Shown here: one piece after another, positions 24,762 to 36,890 of the stretch
How the letters are laid out: the number at the start of each line of letters is the position of its first letter
Numbering within the stretch: the stretch's first letter is position 1
Source: Fistulifera solaris
Taxonomy: Eukaryota
DNA length: 64,000 nt
Reading direction: 5' to 3'
Assembly: GCA_030295235.1 (NCBI GenBank)
Contig: AP026140.1
Coordinates: 434,001-498,000, forward strand
Made by a program: the position numbers and the translations under genes
The notes under the pieces: generated by a model
What the model saw: only the letters and a program-made list of their open reading frames with translations
What the model was told of the DNA's origin: nothing
The model's database searches: none

Positions 24762-27700
24762 CTAGTGACGATGGGAATCCTTCCGCTCGTCGTCGAGAAG
24801 GAGTCCTCGGAGACTGGCTTCCTCTTCTCGAAGAATATCGGGTCGCAGTTGATTTCGTATGGCCAGCAAGCTGAACGATATAGCTTCAGCGACGCCACTG
24901 GCCGGTGCTGCAATCGCCACAGGGATACCTCGAATCAGGCTACTTCCGGCACCGGTTGCGCCACTTCGGTGATATTCGCGATACGGCACAATTACAATAC
25001 GGTAATTGGCTGCCTGCAAACCCCTCGAAAGGCTCTCGAGTGCGTGCTGTGACGCGTCGTTGAGAGTCCTCGGTATGTGTATCGGCCGAGAGGGCAGTGT
25101 GCTGCTGAAACCGCCCGTATTTAGTACAGCATGACGAGGGCTGGTGAGACTGGCGACTGTACTTGCGAAAAACTCCGTCACTCGCGATGACAGTGTAAAT
25201 GTTTCGTAAGAAACGGCGTTGGTAAAAGAAGTCGTGCCCGCGCGAAAAGCCTTTCGAATGCTTTCCCCGTTTTGCAAGGCTTCCCAAGGGAGAACGACGA
25301 GATCGATCGCACTGCCGCCTACGTGCGTGATAGGTTGAAAAGGTGCTGCGTGTGTCACAAATTTGTGCAGCTGGGTGGCGCACACGTCTTGTATGTATTG
25401 CCTCAAAAGAATTCCGATGTTCGGCCCTAACCCGACTTCATTGTTGACGATTACTTCTTGAAGTGTAACAACCATCCCGTCAAGTGGACTCAAATTAACC
25501 AGCTCTACCACAGCTCCATTCTTTAAAGCATCTGTATCAATCTTCTCAGGTTTGTAGTCTACCTTAATTTTCAACGGGCGGACTCGAAACGTTTTAAACA
25601 GTGGCGGAGGTAGGGCGTGCAAACCTTCCGGCAAAGGCTCATCAGCTTTGTCGGCATCACTGTCGTCACCGGTATTGAAAAAGGCCAAGGCAAACCGAAT
25701 GGCTCGCTGGTCGAGCGAACATCGTAGTGGGAGTAGTTTCAGCGCGAATTCGGCTTCATCGCTGACGATTTCATTTTCCGGGGTGACGCGTACTACCGGA
25801 TGCCAACTGACCATCTAAAAAAAGCATTAGTGAACATGCAGAGCAAAATGCCAAAAAGCAAAAAGGCCTTACCTTAATGGCAGCCAATCCGTCGTTTGTA
25901 TTTCGCGGATGTTCTTCATTGTTTACCCATTCGCCGACCATCTTCGTGGGCCTGTCCCTGCTAATCGTTTCAGCTACAAAGAAATCGCCTATTTTCATAT
26001 CCAGGCAAGACGCTAAGCGGTGATCCGCCGAATCCTCAAAACTATCAAGTCGCAGCTGTGTCCCTGAAACCGATATTTGAACGTATTTGTTCGTGCGACG
26101 GGAAAGCCGTCGAATATCACTTTGGTCTTTTAGTTTTTTGGTACGGTCTTCTGGCAATGGCAAATCGCTGAAGATAGTAGATGAACTGGCTTTGTCGTCC
26201 ACAAGAGTACTCATGAGTTTGAGTCTCGTCTCCTTACCGCTGACAAGATTGCCATCTGAGCTGAGACTTTCAGATGTATCGTCGCTCAAACCCGATTCCT
26301 TTTCGCTCCGATCTTTCGGACTAATACTCCCAATAACGAAGGGGGGAGCTCGTTGCAAGACTTCGTAACTTCTCGTCCAGCATCTCAGGCCAGTCATATC
26401 CATCGAAGCAACGAATTTTCAAAGTGAAATCATGGATTAATATCCGACTTTTCACGTAACACTGTGAACTATTTCCACAATATTTTGATGCGCCCATGTC
26501 GCCTTCCCCCAGAGGGTCCGATACGGGCTGAAGTCGAAAGTGGTGGTTGATAATTGGTGGACTTTTCAAAGTTGTTGACTTACTTTGAAGAGTCATTGTT
26601 CTTTCATCGTTTTCAGTTATAGGTCCTGTGAACCATCTGGCGGATTGCTCTTCGCCAGCAGGTATATCATTGAATAATGGATCAGCATCAATGGTAGTCC
26701 AATCGTACCCATCAAGAAGGAAGTCTTTCAACCGATCATTTCTTAAATCAGTTCCAACTTGTGGCCGCAAGGCACTTTGCTGTTTCAATGAACTGAGCAT
26801 TGGTGTAGATGGTTTACGAGTTTCACTGTCATCATTATGCACCTCCGTGACAGAATCAAAGAAAACTTCGTCGTCTCCACAAGAATTCAGACTTTTCACG
26901 GCCCGTAACGCTTCGTCATCGATGGCACTCAATTCACGCGACAATTCGCCAATCGTGCTAAGTAAGACCGAAAAGGAGTCTTTGCAACAAAATAGAGCGA
27001 GCTCTCCGATTGTAAGACTGACGGTCGTTGATGATTCGATTGTGTTCTTTCGGGTGCTGTCGGACAAGGAAATGACAGCGTCAAGCAGACTTAATGTCAC
27101 CAGCGTGCGAAAATTCATTTTTCGCTGTACATCGTCCGGCGAGAGCTCAGCTTTTGCTTGTGACATCCACGCATCCAAAGATATTTGCCACGGTTGAAAT
27201 AGGGCGATGCCTCCCAGCGCGCAGCTATTTTCATAGTTGTATGGAAAGCGATTGTTGCATAGATAGAGTGATACATCACATAGGGTCACGGAGAACGACT
27301 GCGAAGGTCCTCGAGGTAGCAACATGTTTGTAGAAAAGCGTAGATCACCAAGTCGAACGATTACGCGAGATGGCGTGCTGAACTTTATCGGCGAAACATA
27401 GTCCACATTACAATCGGCAAGAGAGACGCCTATTCTCGAAAGGGTAGCACTGGTACTTAATGAATGCCCACATTCGTCCTCCGTGGTACTGGCGGAGTTT
27501 CCGCTAACCGGGTCGAAGATACCCCTAAGCTTTGTCGGCCAATTTCTTGATTCATAATCGATTCGCAACGTCATATCGTAAAGAGTTATTTGAAAGTGAG
27601 TTTCCAACATATCATCGGATGAGTCAGTCCTTTCAGGCAACGAGAAATCCATTAAGACGCATGGACTTGTTGGTGAAATCGGTTTGAACAACTTGGAACG

Positions 27701-30500
27701 GTGAAATATTGGCCGTGCAAGCGAATTCTGAGTCAAAGAGAGCCTTTTTCTAAGAAAATACGCACGTCTCCTTATACAGCCAGAACTATCATTGATTTTC
27801 TGTTTGCCAAGTTTGCCAACTTGCATCGAAAAAGCATTGTTAGAGAACAAGGGGAAGTCACAGTCTTTCCAATTCCAAAAATCTTACCTTCGACGAAGTT
27901 TACGTCTTGTACCATCAAGCGCCCCTGGATCAAATCAGTTCCACATACAACTCCGTGTAGTTTTAGTCCATGTCCCTTAATTACAAACGATTGACCAAGG
28001 TTGTCGTGTGCGATCGTGTCATCGTGTACAGCTAACGTGGTCGATGTGACGGATACACGCAAAGAAGTAGAGGGAAGGACCGCTCTACATGCCCTATTGT
28101 TTCCAGAATCAAGATCAGCAAGGGTAGTCTCCGGTTTTGAAATACATCGGAAGATCGACAGCAATGTTGAAAGTTCTGTAGACGTCAAGTCACCGACAAA
28201 CTCGGGAACTTGAATACTAATGACGGTGTTACTTTTCGCCGCGTTTCTTAACATTTCTTGCTGGGCGCCAACTTGCCGTATCCGACTACGCGAATGAGGG
28301 TCTACTCCACCTAACTTGGAACAAAGAACACGATCTATTCTAGCATCATCATCTTCGTCCTCTTGACGATGTTTGAATGAAGAAATCGGGGGTACCACTG
28401 GAAATTCTACTTGTCCTCTTGAGTGGCTACATTGGCCTTCCTCATTTGACCCACCGATACAATCTCGCCATAACTTTATTTTTACTGGAATAGTCGGTTG
28501 GACTTCCGACCTACCGGCCATTGCAAGGACATCGAACCTCCGACAACATTGACCGCCACTTCTCGCACTATTTGGAAACGAAACAAATGCAATGGCATCG
28601 TCGAAGCTGAGCGATAAGTCCTCATCCGAAGCTTCTTGCTTGAAATTTATAAAAATCGACACGTTTCGTACGTCAACACCGAGATGAGCGTTGCCCGCGT
28701 TACATGGAGCCACCTCATACACACTTCGCTGAAAAGCATTTTCCCAGTTTCCTTCTTTCAAAATTGGTAACTTAAAATGAACGCTTGGGCATGAAATTGA
28801 AATTTGTAATGAAGCACCTTCTGTATCCTGTTTCAAAGAATCTACCTCGCTTGCGCTTTCGATTGCTTCAATGTTTTGTATAGCAGCAGCAAATTTCGAC
28901 ATTCTTGCAAGGGTGTGGAGATCACATTCGTACACCAGAGGTAGCAGTTCGAGATCGATATCGAGTTTCCCTTCGCAGCTCTTACGTACGTTCAGCGAGA
29001 TACAGGTCGACTGTACGAGTACCTCGTCATTTCTTTCAATCAGACCACCAGAGCCATATAAAAAGGTAAAAATAGGACGAATCTCTACCTTTCGAGAAAC
29101 GCGCGAGTGTACCTCTGTATTGCTAATCCGCGAGTCTTCAACCACAAAATTGCCTATCACCAGTACGTGCTCCTGTGAATTTGCAAAGATGTTGGATGTA
29201 AAATCAATATCTTTGACCGACGCCAGTGCATACGCTTCTTCTCTCCGACTGGACAGCTCCCCGTCATTCGAGAATACGATTTTTAGGCCTAATTCCTTCA
29301 GGTGAAATCGTATTGTCGCCATCAATGCCCCAGAATGTTGGGGTGATCCATTTCGACTCATTGCTATAGAATCATGAAGCATAGCGGAATACTGATAGAA
29401 GCTCTTCTCGTTGGCATCAAAAACATATCAAACGATACTTCGTCCTTCGACCCATTCGGTGGAAAATCAGGGACCAGGATACCACCTCTCAATTCATTCC
29501 TTTCCACTTGCTCACGAGCCGCTCGATACTGTTCCATCATTGTATTCAGAAAATCTAAATCCTCCGCTTCGTAGTCCGACTCCACCTCCGACGGTGACAG
29601 ATTCTCGACTTCGCGTATGTCGTTCTCTCGAAAATGTGCCGAGTACGTGTGAACAAATTTCCGTAAAAGGACCAAGGAAGTCGCATCGACTGATACATTC
29701 AGTTTTTGACTCAAATGGACTTCACAATCCGTTTCTGCCCTACGTTCCGTTACCGAGTCGCCCGTATTGTATTCAATGACCCGCAAGGTGATGCGGTTGA
29801 CGCCTTCCAACAATACTACTGAAGCACGATACGCATCCGAATTTCCTTCGCGTTCTCCAATGCTGATCGAAGTCTTTTGAAACATGACGGTCTTGTGAAA
29901 TTTCGTTTCGTACTGCTGGGTGGTTGACTTGCCGACGGAAGCCGTTTGATACGAAAAACTCTGACAGCGCAATTCCAACCAAGTCTGCTTAGTTCCTTCC
30001 CTATCCCAACACCGTATTGAAATATCTCTTATTTCGACCGACAAATCCAGTGATTTTAAAGCCGCATCAAGATACAGAGACAGTAAACTTTTCGTCTCGG
30101 CATTCGGAGTAACAGGAGTTGTTGTTACGGACGCGGGGATCTGTGGTTCTAGCTCCAGAAAAACACCCTCCAACTCAATCTTTGCCGCTAAAGCAATCCG
30201 AGGTAATGATGTTCCCCACGCCGTGCGCAACTTTTCCCATGCGGCATTCTCATCGGAAACATCGTCTTGGAAGCGCAGATGCACCGTCAATTCCCGCATC
30301 ATAGCTTTCTTTACTCGCAAAGGAAGTGTCGCGAGTCGTTCATGATCCGTTCGGAAACGGACATTGCGCAAGGTGCAACGTCCATCGGTGATGGAAACAT
30401 CCAAACGAGAGTGCAGTTGTTGCAACGATTCTTGGTCCAAAATGGGACCCAAAACACGACGCAACAAAAAGGCGTAAAGGCGATGTTTCCAAGGTATCAT
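24762..30500 (-). CDS. ATG2: Autophagy protein ATG2 (introns near 27830-27887 and 25815-25872; frameshifts near 29410 and 26345)
   Basis: Chorein_N-like start 'WKHRLYAFLLRRVLGPIL', 'FDGYDW', 'LKLLPLRCSLDQRAIRF', 'KVDYKP', 'ELVNLSPLDG', and C-terminal 'RGIPVAIAAPASGVAEAIS..LLAIRNQLRPD'. Confidence 0.92.
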
Positions 30501-31040
30501 TGTATTCAATCGATTCGCTTGTGCATAATCGTAACGACAGCTTCCAGTGAAATGAAGGAAATCAACTGTAGAGACAGATGGTGAAGAACTGAGTGCAACC
30601 AAAGTCGTGATTGACAGCGTCACAATCGACACCTGTTCTTTTAAAATTGAGAAAACAGCGATGTGAAAAAGGCCGACAAGTATACCCGAAGCAGAAAAAG
30701 AGCTTGAGGCTTTCTCTTTGATGGGGCGACAAGGGCACTTGACTATCTTCAATCTACTTTATTGTTGAAACGCATTATATCGTCTTCATTGTCGTCGTCA
30801 CGTTTCGCAACCGAACAAAAGAAAAGAATTTGCATCGAGTCACGTGTCAAGTAAGTCACGAAATAACGTCGTATGTAGCCGAACTAGAGCAAAAGCACTA
30901 CTGAAAGTTATTGACTCGTGAATTTGACGTCAATGACGATCTACCTTTCGCAGATCTTCAACCATGGTATCTTCATCACATTTTTTTAACCATGGTGAAT
31001 GGTGATGATTCTGGCACCCGAGCCGCTGTCTTTACTTGTC

Positions 31041-32712
31041 ATGCCTCTAAAACGATTGAGTCTCTGCCTGTCACTGCTTTTTACTGCTGTCGCATTTTTC
31101 ACGCCGAATCATCGAAGAAGAAAATGTCTCTCCAAATTGTGTCTTTCCCATTCCGAAGATGGAATTACACTCGAGTTGACAAAATTGTTGCGCAACAAGG
31201 GGTTACGGAAGCTCAAAGAAGAGAAGACGACCGAGTCATTGGCACTCAATTTTGAAAGACTGCTGGGCAAGGCAGAGTTTGCGAATCAAACGATTTCTTC
31301 GTCATCTAGAAAGACGAACTATCGCAAACGTAATTCCCTTCTCGCCGAATTCGACAATTTACGGACGACAAGCGATATACGAATGCCTCAAAATGACACG
31401 CTATCTTGCGTTCAAATACATCAGAATCACACAGAGCTGTCACCATACTATCGTCGGGATCGACGCGATTACGAAACAATGGATTGCAGGAACAATGACG
31501 ACATTGCGGACCCCACAGGACTTTGCGCATTGTTACAGGTGCGTTTTTTGGCGAGAAAAGCCAAAGATTTTGATCAAATAGCCCATCTAGACCTTCAACT
31601 TCAGCGACAACACGGAGTGCGCGTGTCCGATTATCCCCGATTATGGACCCGACGCACCGATGCCTCCAAAGCGTCGATGCGTCAAAGGATGAGGAAACGA
31701 AAGGCTCGCATGATGAAACTCTTTGGATTACTGGGACACCCGTATGTGAAAATCAAAAGTGCTGTGGTCCATCACAATGCATCAATTATCCCCGGGAGCC
31801 ATGTTCATGCATCGTTGTCGGCCTTGACGCGCTATCAATTGGAAGGAAGATACGATCGAGCGGAAGCCATCAAGTTAGAGTTGTCGTTGTGTGGAATTCG
31901 TATTCACGATCAACTGCTGTTGTGGACGAACGATGCCAACGTAGAATTTGAAATGTTGGAAACCATTCCGGACCGAGTGAATGAAATACCTGTTTACACG
32001 GAAGTCAAAGACGACGTTTCCCCCAATCAAACAGCATCCATCCAGTATGATACGGGCAGACTTCGATTTGGTGGACGGACGATGGAAGAGGATATTTTAC
32101 GCAGACACCAACGGATACAGCAGCTGCTGCTTCAGCGATCCGAAGCTGATGCCAGAGGAGAATCGACTTTGTTTGCGTTGATTACGAATGAGTTGAGGAG
32201 TACTTATCAAGTAGCAATCGATGATGAACAAAGAACATGGCGAATTCTTAAAGCCACTCCCAATGTGGAAGAATCAATATCATTGCGCACGGATGACTAC
32301 ACAACATCTTCTTTTGCAGCCCTCCTGTTTGGAGAACAGTCAAGGGACTACACTAGCGACACCACTTATCGACCAAGTCAAAAATCACTTCCAATCGACA
32401 ATTCAATCTACCAACAAAGAATAGAAGAGCTTGTTCAAGAGCGCATTCACTTGCGCGAAGAGGGCAGATACCTAGAGGCGGATGCGGTTCGACGAGAGTT
32501 ATGGCACACCTATGTAAGTCATCGTAGAGCTGTTTTCGATGAAGCTATGTCGTACTGCTAATAATTTGGTATGTTCAACTCTCATGTTCTCTAATCTTCG
32601 TCCAAGAACGTCGGCGTGAATGACAAGCTCCGTCAGTACAGTGTTGGAGGAGTTTACGATACTAGCACTACCCACCATTTGCCTGCTAAAAAGAAAAAGC
32701 AATAACATTTAG
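31041..32712 (+). CDS. Putative plastid-targeted protein with four repeats resembling the CysRS C-terminal helical (anticodon-binding) motif; 2 exons
   Basis: Leader 'MPLKRLSLCLSLLFTAVA-FF'. Repeats such as 'IEELVQERIHLREEGRYLEADAVRRELW'. Intron GTAAGT(32514)..AG(~32606) gives last exon 'NVGVNDKLRQYSV...NNI*'. Confidence 0.65.
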
Positions 32713-32952
32713 GATGACGAACTGCAGTATCTTCGACGTATAAATCAATGGGTGACGAATTGCAATGTAGCTATCTATAGCTAAAGCTATTACGGGCAAT
32801 GGAAGTTATTGCTTCCGGAATCGGGTGACTTTGGACTCTAATTATAGCTGCTTACCAGTAGCAAGTAGCAACGATGATTCTTTTTATAAATTTTTTTACT
32901 TCCATTCACTTTTGCTCCTCTAGAGAGACTTTGTGCAAAATTGCAGGATTTC

Positions 32953-32958
32953 AAAAAA
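32953..32958 (-). terminator. RNA polymerase III terminator (T6) of tRNA-Leu
   Basis: TTTTTT on the minus strand starting 8 nt after the tRNA 3' end. Confidence 0.75.
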
Positions 32959-32965
32959 GAATTTT

Positions 32966-33123
32966 TGATGTCGGCAGGATTCGAACCTGCGAGATTGCTC
33001 ATTACGGCCTAAACGTAACGCCTTAACCTGAGAGATAGTCGAGAACACATGCATGAGGTATCGTCATCGTGCGGTGGGGAGAGGGTACTTGTGACACGAT
33101 ACTTACCACTCGGCCACGACATC
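32966..33123 (-). tRNA. trnL-UAG: tRNA-Leu (anticodon UAG) interrupted in the D-loop by a 79-nt GT-AG intron (33028-33106)
   Basis: Exon 1 (33123-33107) GATGTCGTGGCCGAGTG plus exon 2 (33027-32966) GTTAAGGCGTTACGTTTAGGCCGTAATGAGCAATCTCGCAGGTTCGAATCCTGCCGACATCA. Perfect 7-bp acceptor stem, 5-bp anticodon and T stems, type II variable arm, A discriminator. Confidence 0.93.
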
Positions 33124-33259
33124 TAACGAAGCACAGATGAGAAATCTAGGTACAAAGCCAGTTTGTAATTATTTGATCTAAAGTTATTTATGGCCATCAA
33201 CATCGCAGCCATCAAAACTTTTTCACAATTCCTCTTTTCTTCCACTTTCATTAACAATC

Positions 33260-35118
33260 ATGCATAAAGCCAAGCTCGCTTTGGCGCTGTTTCTGCTATC
33301 AGCTGTAAGAAACGACGCATTCCGATCGGAATATCGACGGTCCCGACCCAACACTCTACTATTCCATGCACAAGCCGGCGAAGGCATCGGAATCGGCATC
33401 GATTTGGGAACAACACGCTCGGCGGTCGCTGTATTATCCGAAAATAATGTCCCAACGATCATACCCATCCCTCACAATGGTCGGACGATGCCGTCGGCCG
33501 TAGCGTTTGATCCAGACAGTGGACACGTATGGGTCGGTCAAGAAGCGTGCGATCGTCAGAATGAAGTGGGTGTCTTTCGGAATGTCAAGAGGATACTGGG
33601 TACGGGAGGAAAGTTAACCAAGTCCGTGGCCAAGGCAGTGCCCTTTCTGGTACCGAATCGAGACGGAAAAACGTACAAAAGGATACATTACTGAATCAGA
33701 TTCAGGATGCTCAGGAATATCCGACTCTACTCCAATTTCCGCATAACAATACACGCTTCTCACCCGAAATGATTTCGGCGCACGTACTGAAACATTTGGT
33801 ACAAGCTGCCGAAGATGCGTCTGGACAAACAGTCACGAGGGCGGTAATTGGAGTGCCCGCCTACTTTCACGATGAACAGCGCGCCGCCACGGTGCGGGCG
33901 GCGGAAATGGCCGGTCTAACTCGGGTCAAGCTGTTGCGCGAGCCCGAGGCCGCGGCGTTGGCGTACGGAATCGGCAAAGAACAAATATCTTCTTCTATCG
34001 AAGATGAACTGGTTTTGGTGTTTGATTTGGGCGGCGGTACTTTTGATGTTTCCATGCTACTCGTGGGTGGTGGAGTCACCGAAGTTCTTTGTACGTCGGG
34101 CAATTCTCAATTGGGTGGTGCCGACTTGGACAACCGGGTCGCGGATCATTGCTGGAAGGTTTTGTCTCACCACGTACCCGCTATCAAAGCATCGGCGTGG
34201 TCTGAGGAAGCGAAAAATGGACTAGTCAGAGCCGCGGAGCAGATACGCATTGCTCTGAGTAACGCGAAAAAAGTAGACTTGGCTTTACCGGTGACACAAG
34301 AGGGGTGGTGCAATGTTTTGACGGGAAAAGAAGTTCTTTTGCCCGTTGAAGCCGACGAGAGTTACAGCGAGACGGGTATACTGGATGACTCTCATGTTCG
34401 CTGTTGCTTGACGAGGAGGACTCTGGAAAAATTGTGTGACAATGAGCTACAAGCACTGTTAAGACCCATACGAGAGGTTGCTATAGTTGCTGGAGCTTTG
34501 CTGCCTGGTGATGCGAATCCAACTGCCGTAGAGGCTGCTCGCGATATGGAAGAACAATATATCGAGTCCCGGGACATGGAATTTGCGGACTTTTATCCAG
34601 ACAATGAGCAGGAAGACGAACAACCGGCAGAAGAAAACGCAGAGCTGTTGCTAGCAATTCAGGACATGGATATGAAGGCCGCGAAAAAGGCACAGCAAAA
34701 AGGACGAAAAAGGGCTAGACAAGTAGCAAGAGACGAGCGAAAATACCGGGAGGAAAAGAAGAAAATACAAACCAGTACTGCAGCTATGGATATGGACCGC
34801 GTAAAAGTTCGTGACGGCATATCAGGACGACCTATTTCTCGGGTTGTTCTAGTTGGAGGAACTACGCGGATGCCTGCTATTGGACGATTGATTGCTGCTT
34901 TGACAGGTGTGGTTCCGCAAAGAACCGTCAACCCCGATGAAGCCGTTGCACTTGGATGTGCAGCGAAAGTCGGAGTCTTGGACGGAATCGAAGGAATGGG
35001 AACTGTTTTGAATCCAATGCAGGCAGCAATTTTGAAAGCCGTAGCCCGACAACAAGGAAAGGAACAGATGCAAGAGGATGATGACTTTGATGCAGACTTT
35101 GATTTCGACGAAGACTGA
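33260..35118 (+). CDS. Atypical Hsp70-family protein (ATPase domain only), signal peptide and probable plastid leader; frameshift near 33680
   Basis: 'GIGIDLGTTRS', 'RAVIGVPAYF', 'EPEAAALAYG', 'VFDLGGGTFDVS', 'VVLVGGTTRMP', 'VNPDEAVALG'. The protein ends about 50 aa later. Confidence 0.88.
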
Positions 35119-35798
35119 TATCAAGCAACGGCCATAATATGTACTGTACTCGCCATACTCATCTCTGTGGTTATCTCCCCCTCATGATCGCTGACAATGC
35201 GCATGGCATGAGTCGTCCATGTTGATTTTTAATTTTTTGACGTAAAACCTCAGAGTGCATATGAAATACAGCATCTCGTTCTAACGACACGTTAAATGTC
35301 ATTCGACGCTAGTCAGTCAGCAATTTTACCTTCAGTACTTGTATTTGTGATTTGTGGACCTAGAGACCCTACTTACTGCTCTTCCATCTGCAATTATTTT
35401 CCCTTTAGTGTTCATGATTGAAATTCAGTCGTGGCGCAATAAAACCAACACTATAAAGGATAGTAAGTTTTGTGTCCCATCGACACTAGTCAACGGATAC
35501 ATTCAATGGAAACACTTTTGACACCTCGCCCTCGCCAAGAAAAGAACAAAATAATAAAAAATCAATCGCTTTACTACTAACTGTGGTACAGTGATTCAGA
35601 AATCGAAGTTTTTCTGGAAGAAAGGAAAAATTCAGTCGAATGTCAAAATTGCATTCTGACTCTAGAGGAAATTAGGAATAAATATTACTCCGGGTAGTAT
35701 CAGTAGTTTGCAAAATCGCAATCGAATCTTTATAGGATTCACTTCAAAGAACAACAAAGCATGCCTACAATTTCTTCTCAAACCATTAGTCGGTCAAG

Positions 35799-36890
35799 AT
35801 GACAGAAGCTGTTCAAGAAGGAGAAAAGTACGTGCAGAAGGGCCAAAAGACACGTTACGCACGAATTTTTTACCTTTTCTTGATGTTCTTGACGGCTGTG
35901 CAAGGGATTCCTTTCCACATCGAAACAAAAAGCACTAGAATCCATTCCAGAGATCTATTGACTCTTCGATGTGGAAGTACCGCTTCGGAGCATGCCGTGG
36001 AACGTCTTCCTGCCGGAAGATTACGACCCCGTATGAATTTCTTACTGTGGAAAATACCCTTCCTCGCAGGCTTGCTGTCGTTTGGATGTTTTCGGTCAGT
36101 CACCCAAATCACGTACCAGGCCATCAACTGGGCCAGTCAACGAACGTGGTTGCCAACGACCGAAGAACAAATGAATTTACAGACCAATGTTGTCACGCAA
36201 GTCGTGAATGGGCCGGTCATTACGTCTATCTCCGTGCTCTTTGCCAGTCTCTTGTCGACAACGATTGCGAATTTGCATTCCCGACAAGTCGCCATCCAAC
36301 GCTCACTGGTATGGGAAATTCATCATTTGCGGGAACTCCAACTGTTGATGGACTCGCCGTTGGCGCAGTGTTGTCTTTCGCGTCAGCAACATGAAGAAGC
36401 CAAGAGGTTGATCCAAGGGTATCGAGAACGGCTGTTGTCACAGTCGACCAACTTTACCGACCCGCATTTGTATATTGAGAGCAATTTACGATCGGTGTCA
36501 TATTGGTGCGATTCTGTTTTGAGTCATTATCATCAAATGGTAGCGCGACGTCCTACGGCGCCACCCGTGTCGCCGGAAGCTTTGGTCGATCAAATACGGC
36601 GGATTAGTACAGGACTCTTGGAAGGACGAGTGAACCAATGGACGGCCCTGTTGTCGCTCAATTTTCCCTTTGTTCATTACTTGACGTTGTCGGTATTGGC
36701 GATTTCGATTCTCGTCAGTTTTATTGTAGCCACGGCGCAAGGTGAAGTTCTGTTTCGCAGTGACGGTCTACAATCGGTGCGAATATTGTGGTCTCTTCTC
36801 ATCATGACATTTGCGGCGCTGGGAGTCCTATGCTATGATCTGTCACGTCCGTTCGGTGGTTCCTACAAAGTAGAAGATGTTTCGCAATAA
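35799..36890 (+). CDS. Membrane protein, DUF4239/bestrophin-like
   Basis: 363-aa ORF with several TM helices, 'ISVLFASLLSTTIANLHSRQ' and C-terminal 'YDLSRPFGGSYKV'. Confidence 0.55.
   Translation: MTEAVQEGEKYVQKGQKTRYARIFYLFLMFLTAVQGIPFHIETKSTRIHSRDLLTLRCGSTASEHAVERLPAGRLRPRMNFLLWKIPFLAGLLSFGCFRSVTQITYQAINWASQRTWLPTTEEQMNLQTNVVTQVVNGPVITSISVLFASLLSTTIANLHSRQVAIQRSLVWEIHHLRELQLLMDSPLAQCCLSRQQHEEAKRLIQGYRERLLSQSTNFTDPHLYIESNLRSVSYWCDSVLSHYHQMVARRPTAPPVSPEALVDQIRRISTGLLEGRVNQWTALLSLNFPFVHYLTLSVLAISILVSFIVATAQGEVLFRSDGLQSVRILWSLLIMTFAALGVLCYDLSRPFGGSYKVEDVSQ

Noticed and set aside
33028..33106. Reading the tRNA-Leu insert as a canonical or self-splicing intron
   Set aside because: It is not at position 37/38, is far too short for group I or II, and I saw no clear bulge-helix-bulge at the junctions.
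7332..33123. Functional cluster of DBR1, tRNAs and RluA
   Set aside because: The genes are kilobases apart with unrelated housekeeping genes between them; proximity is expected by chance in a compact genome.
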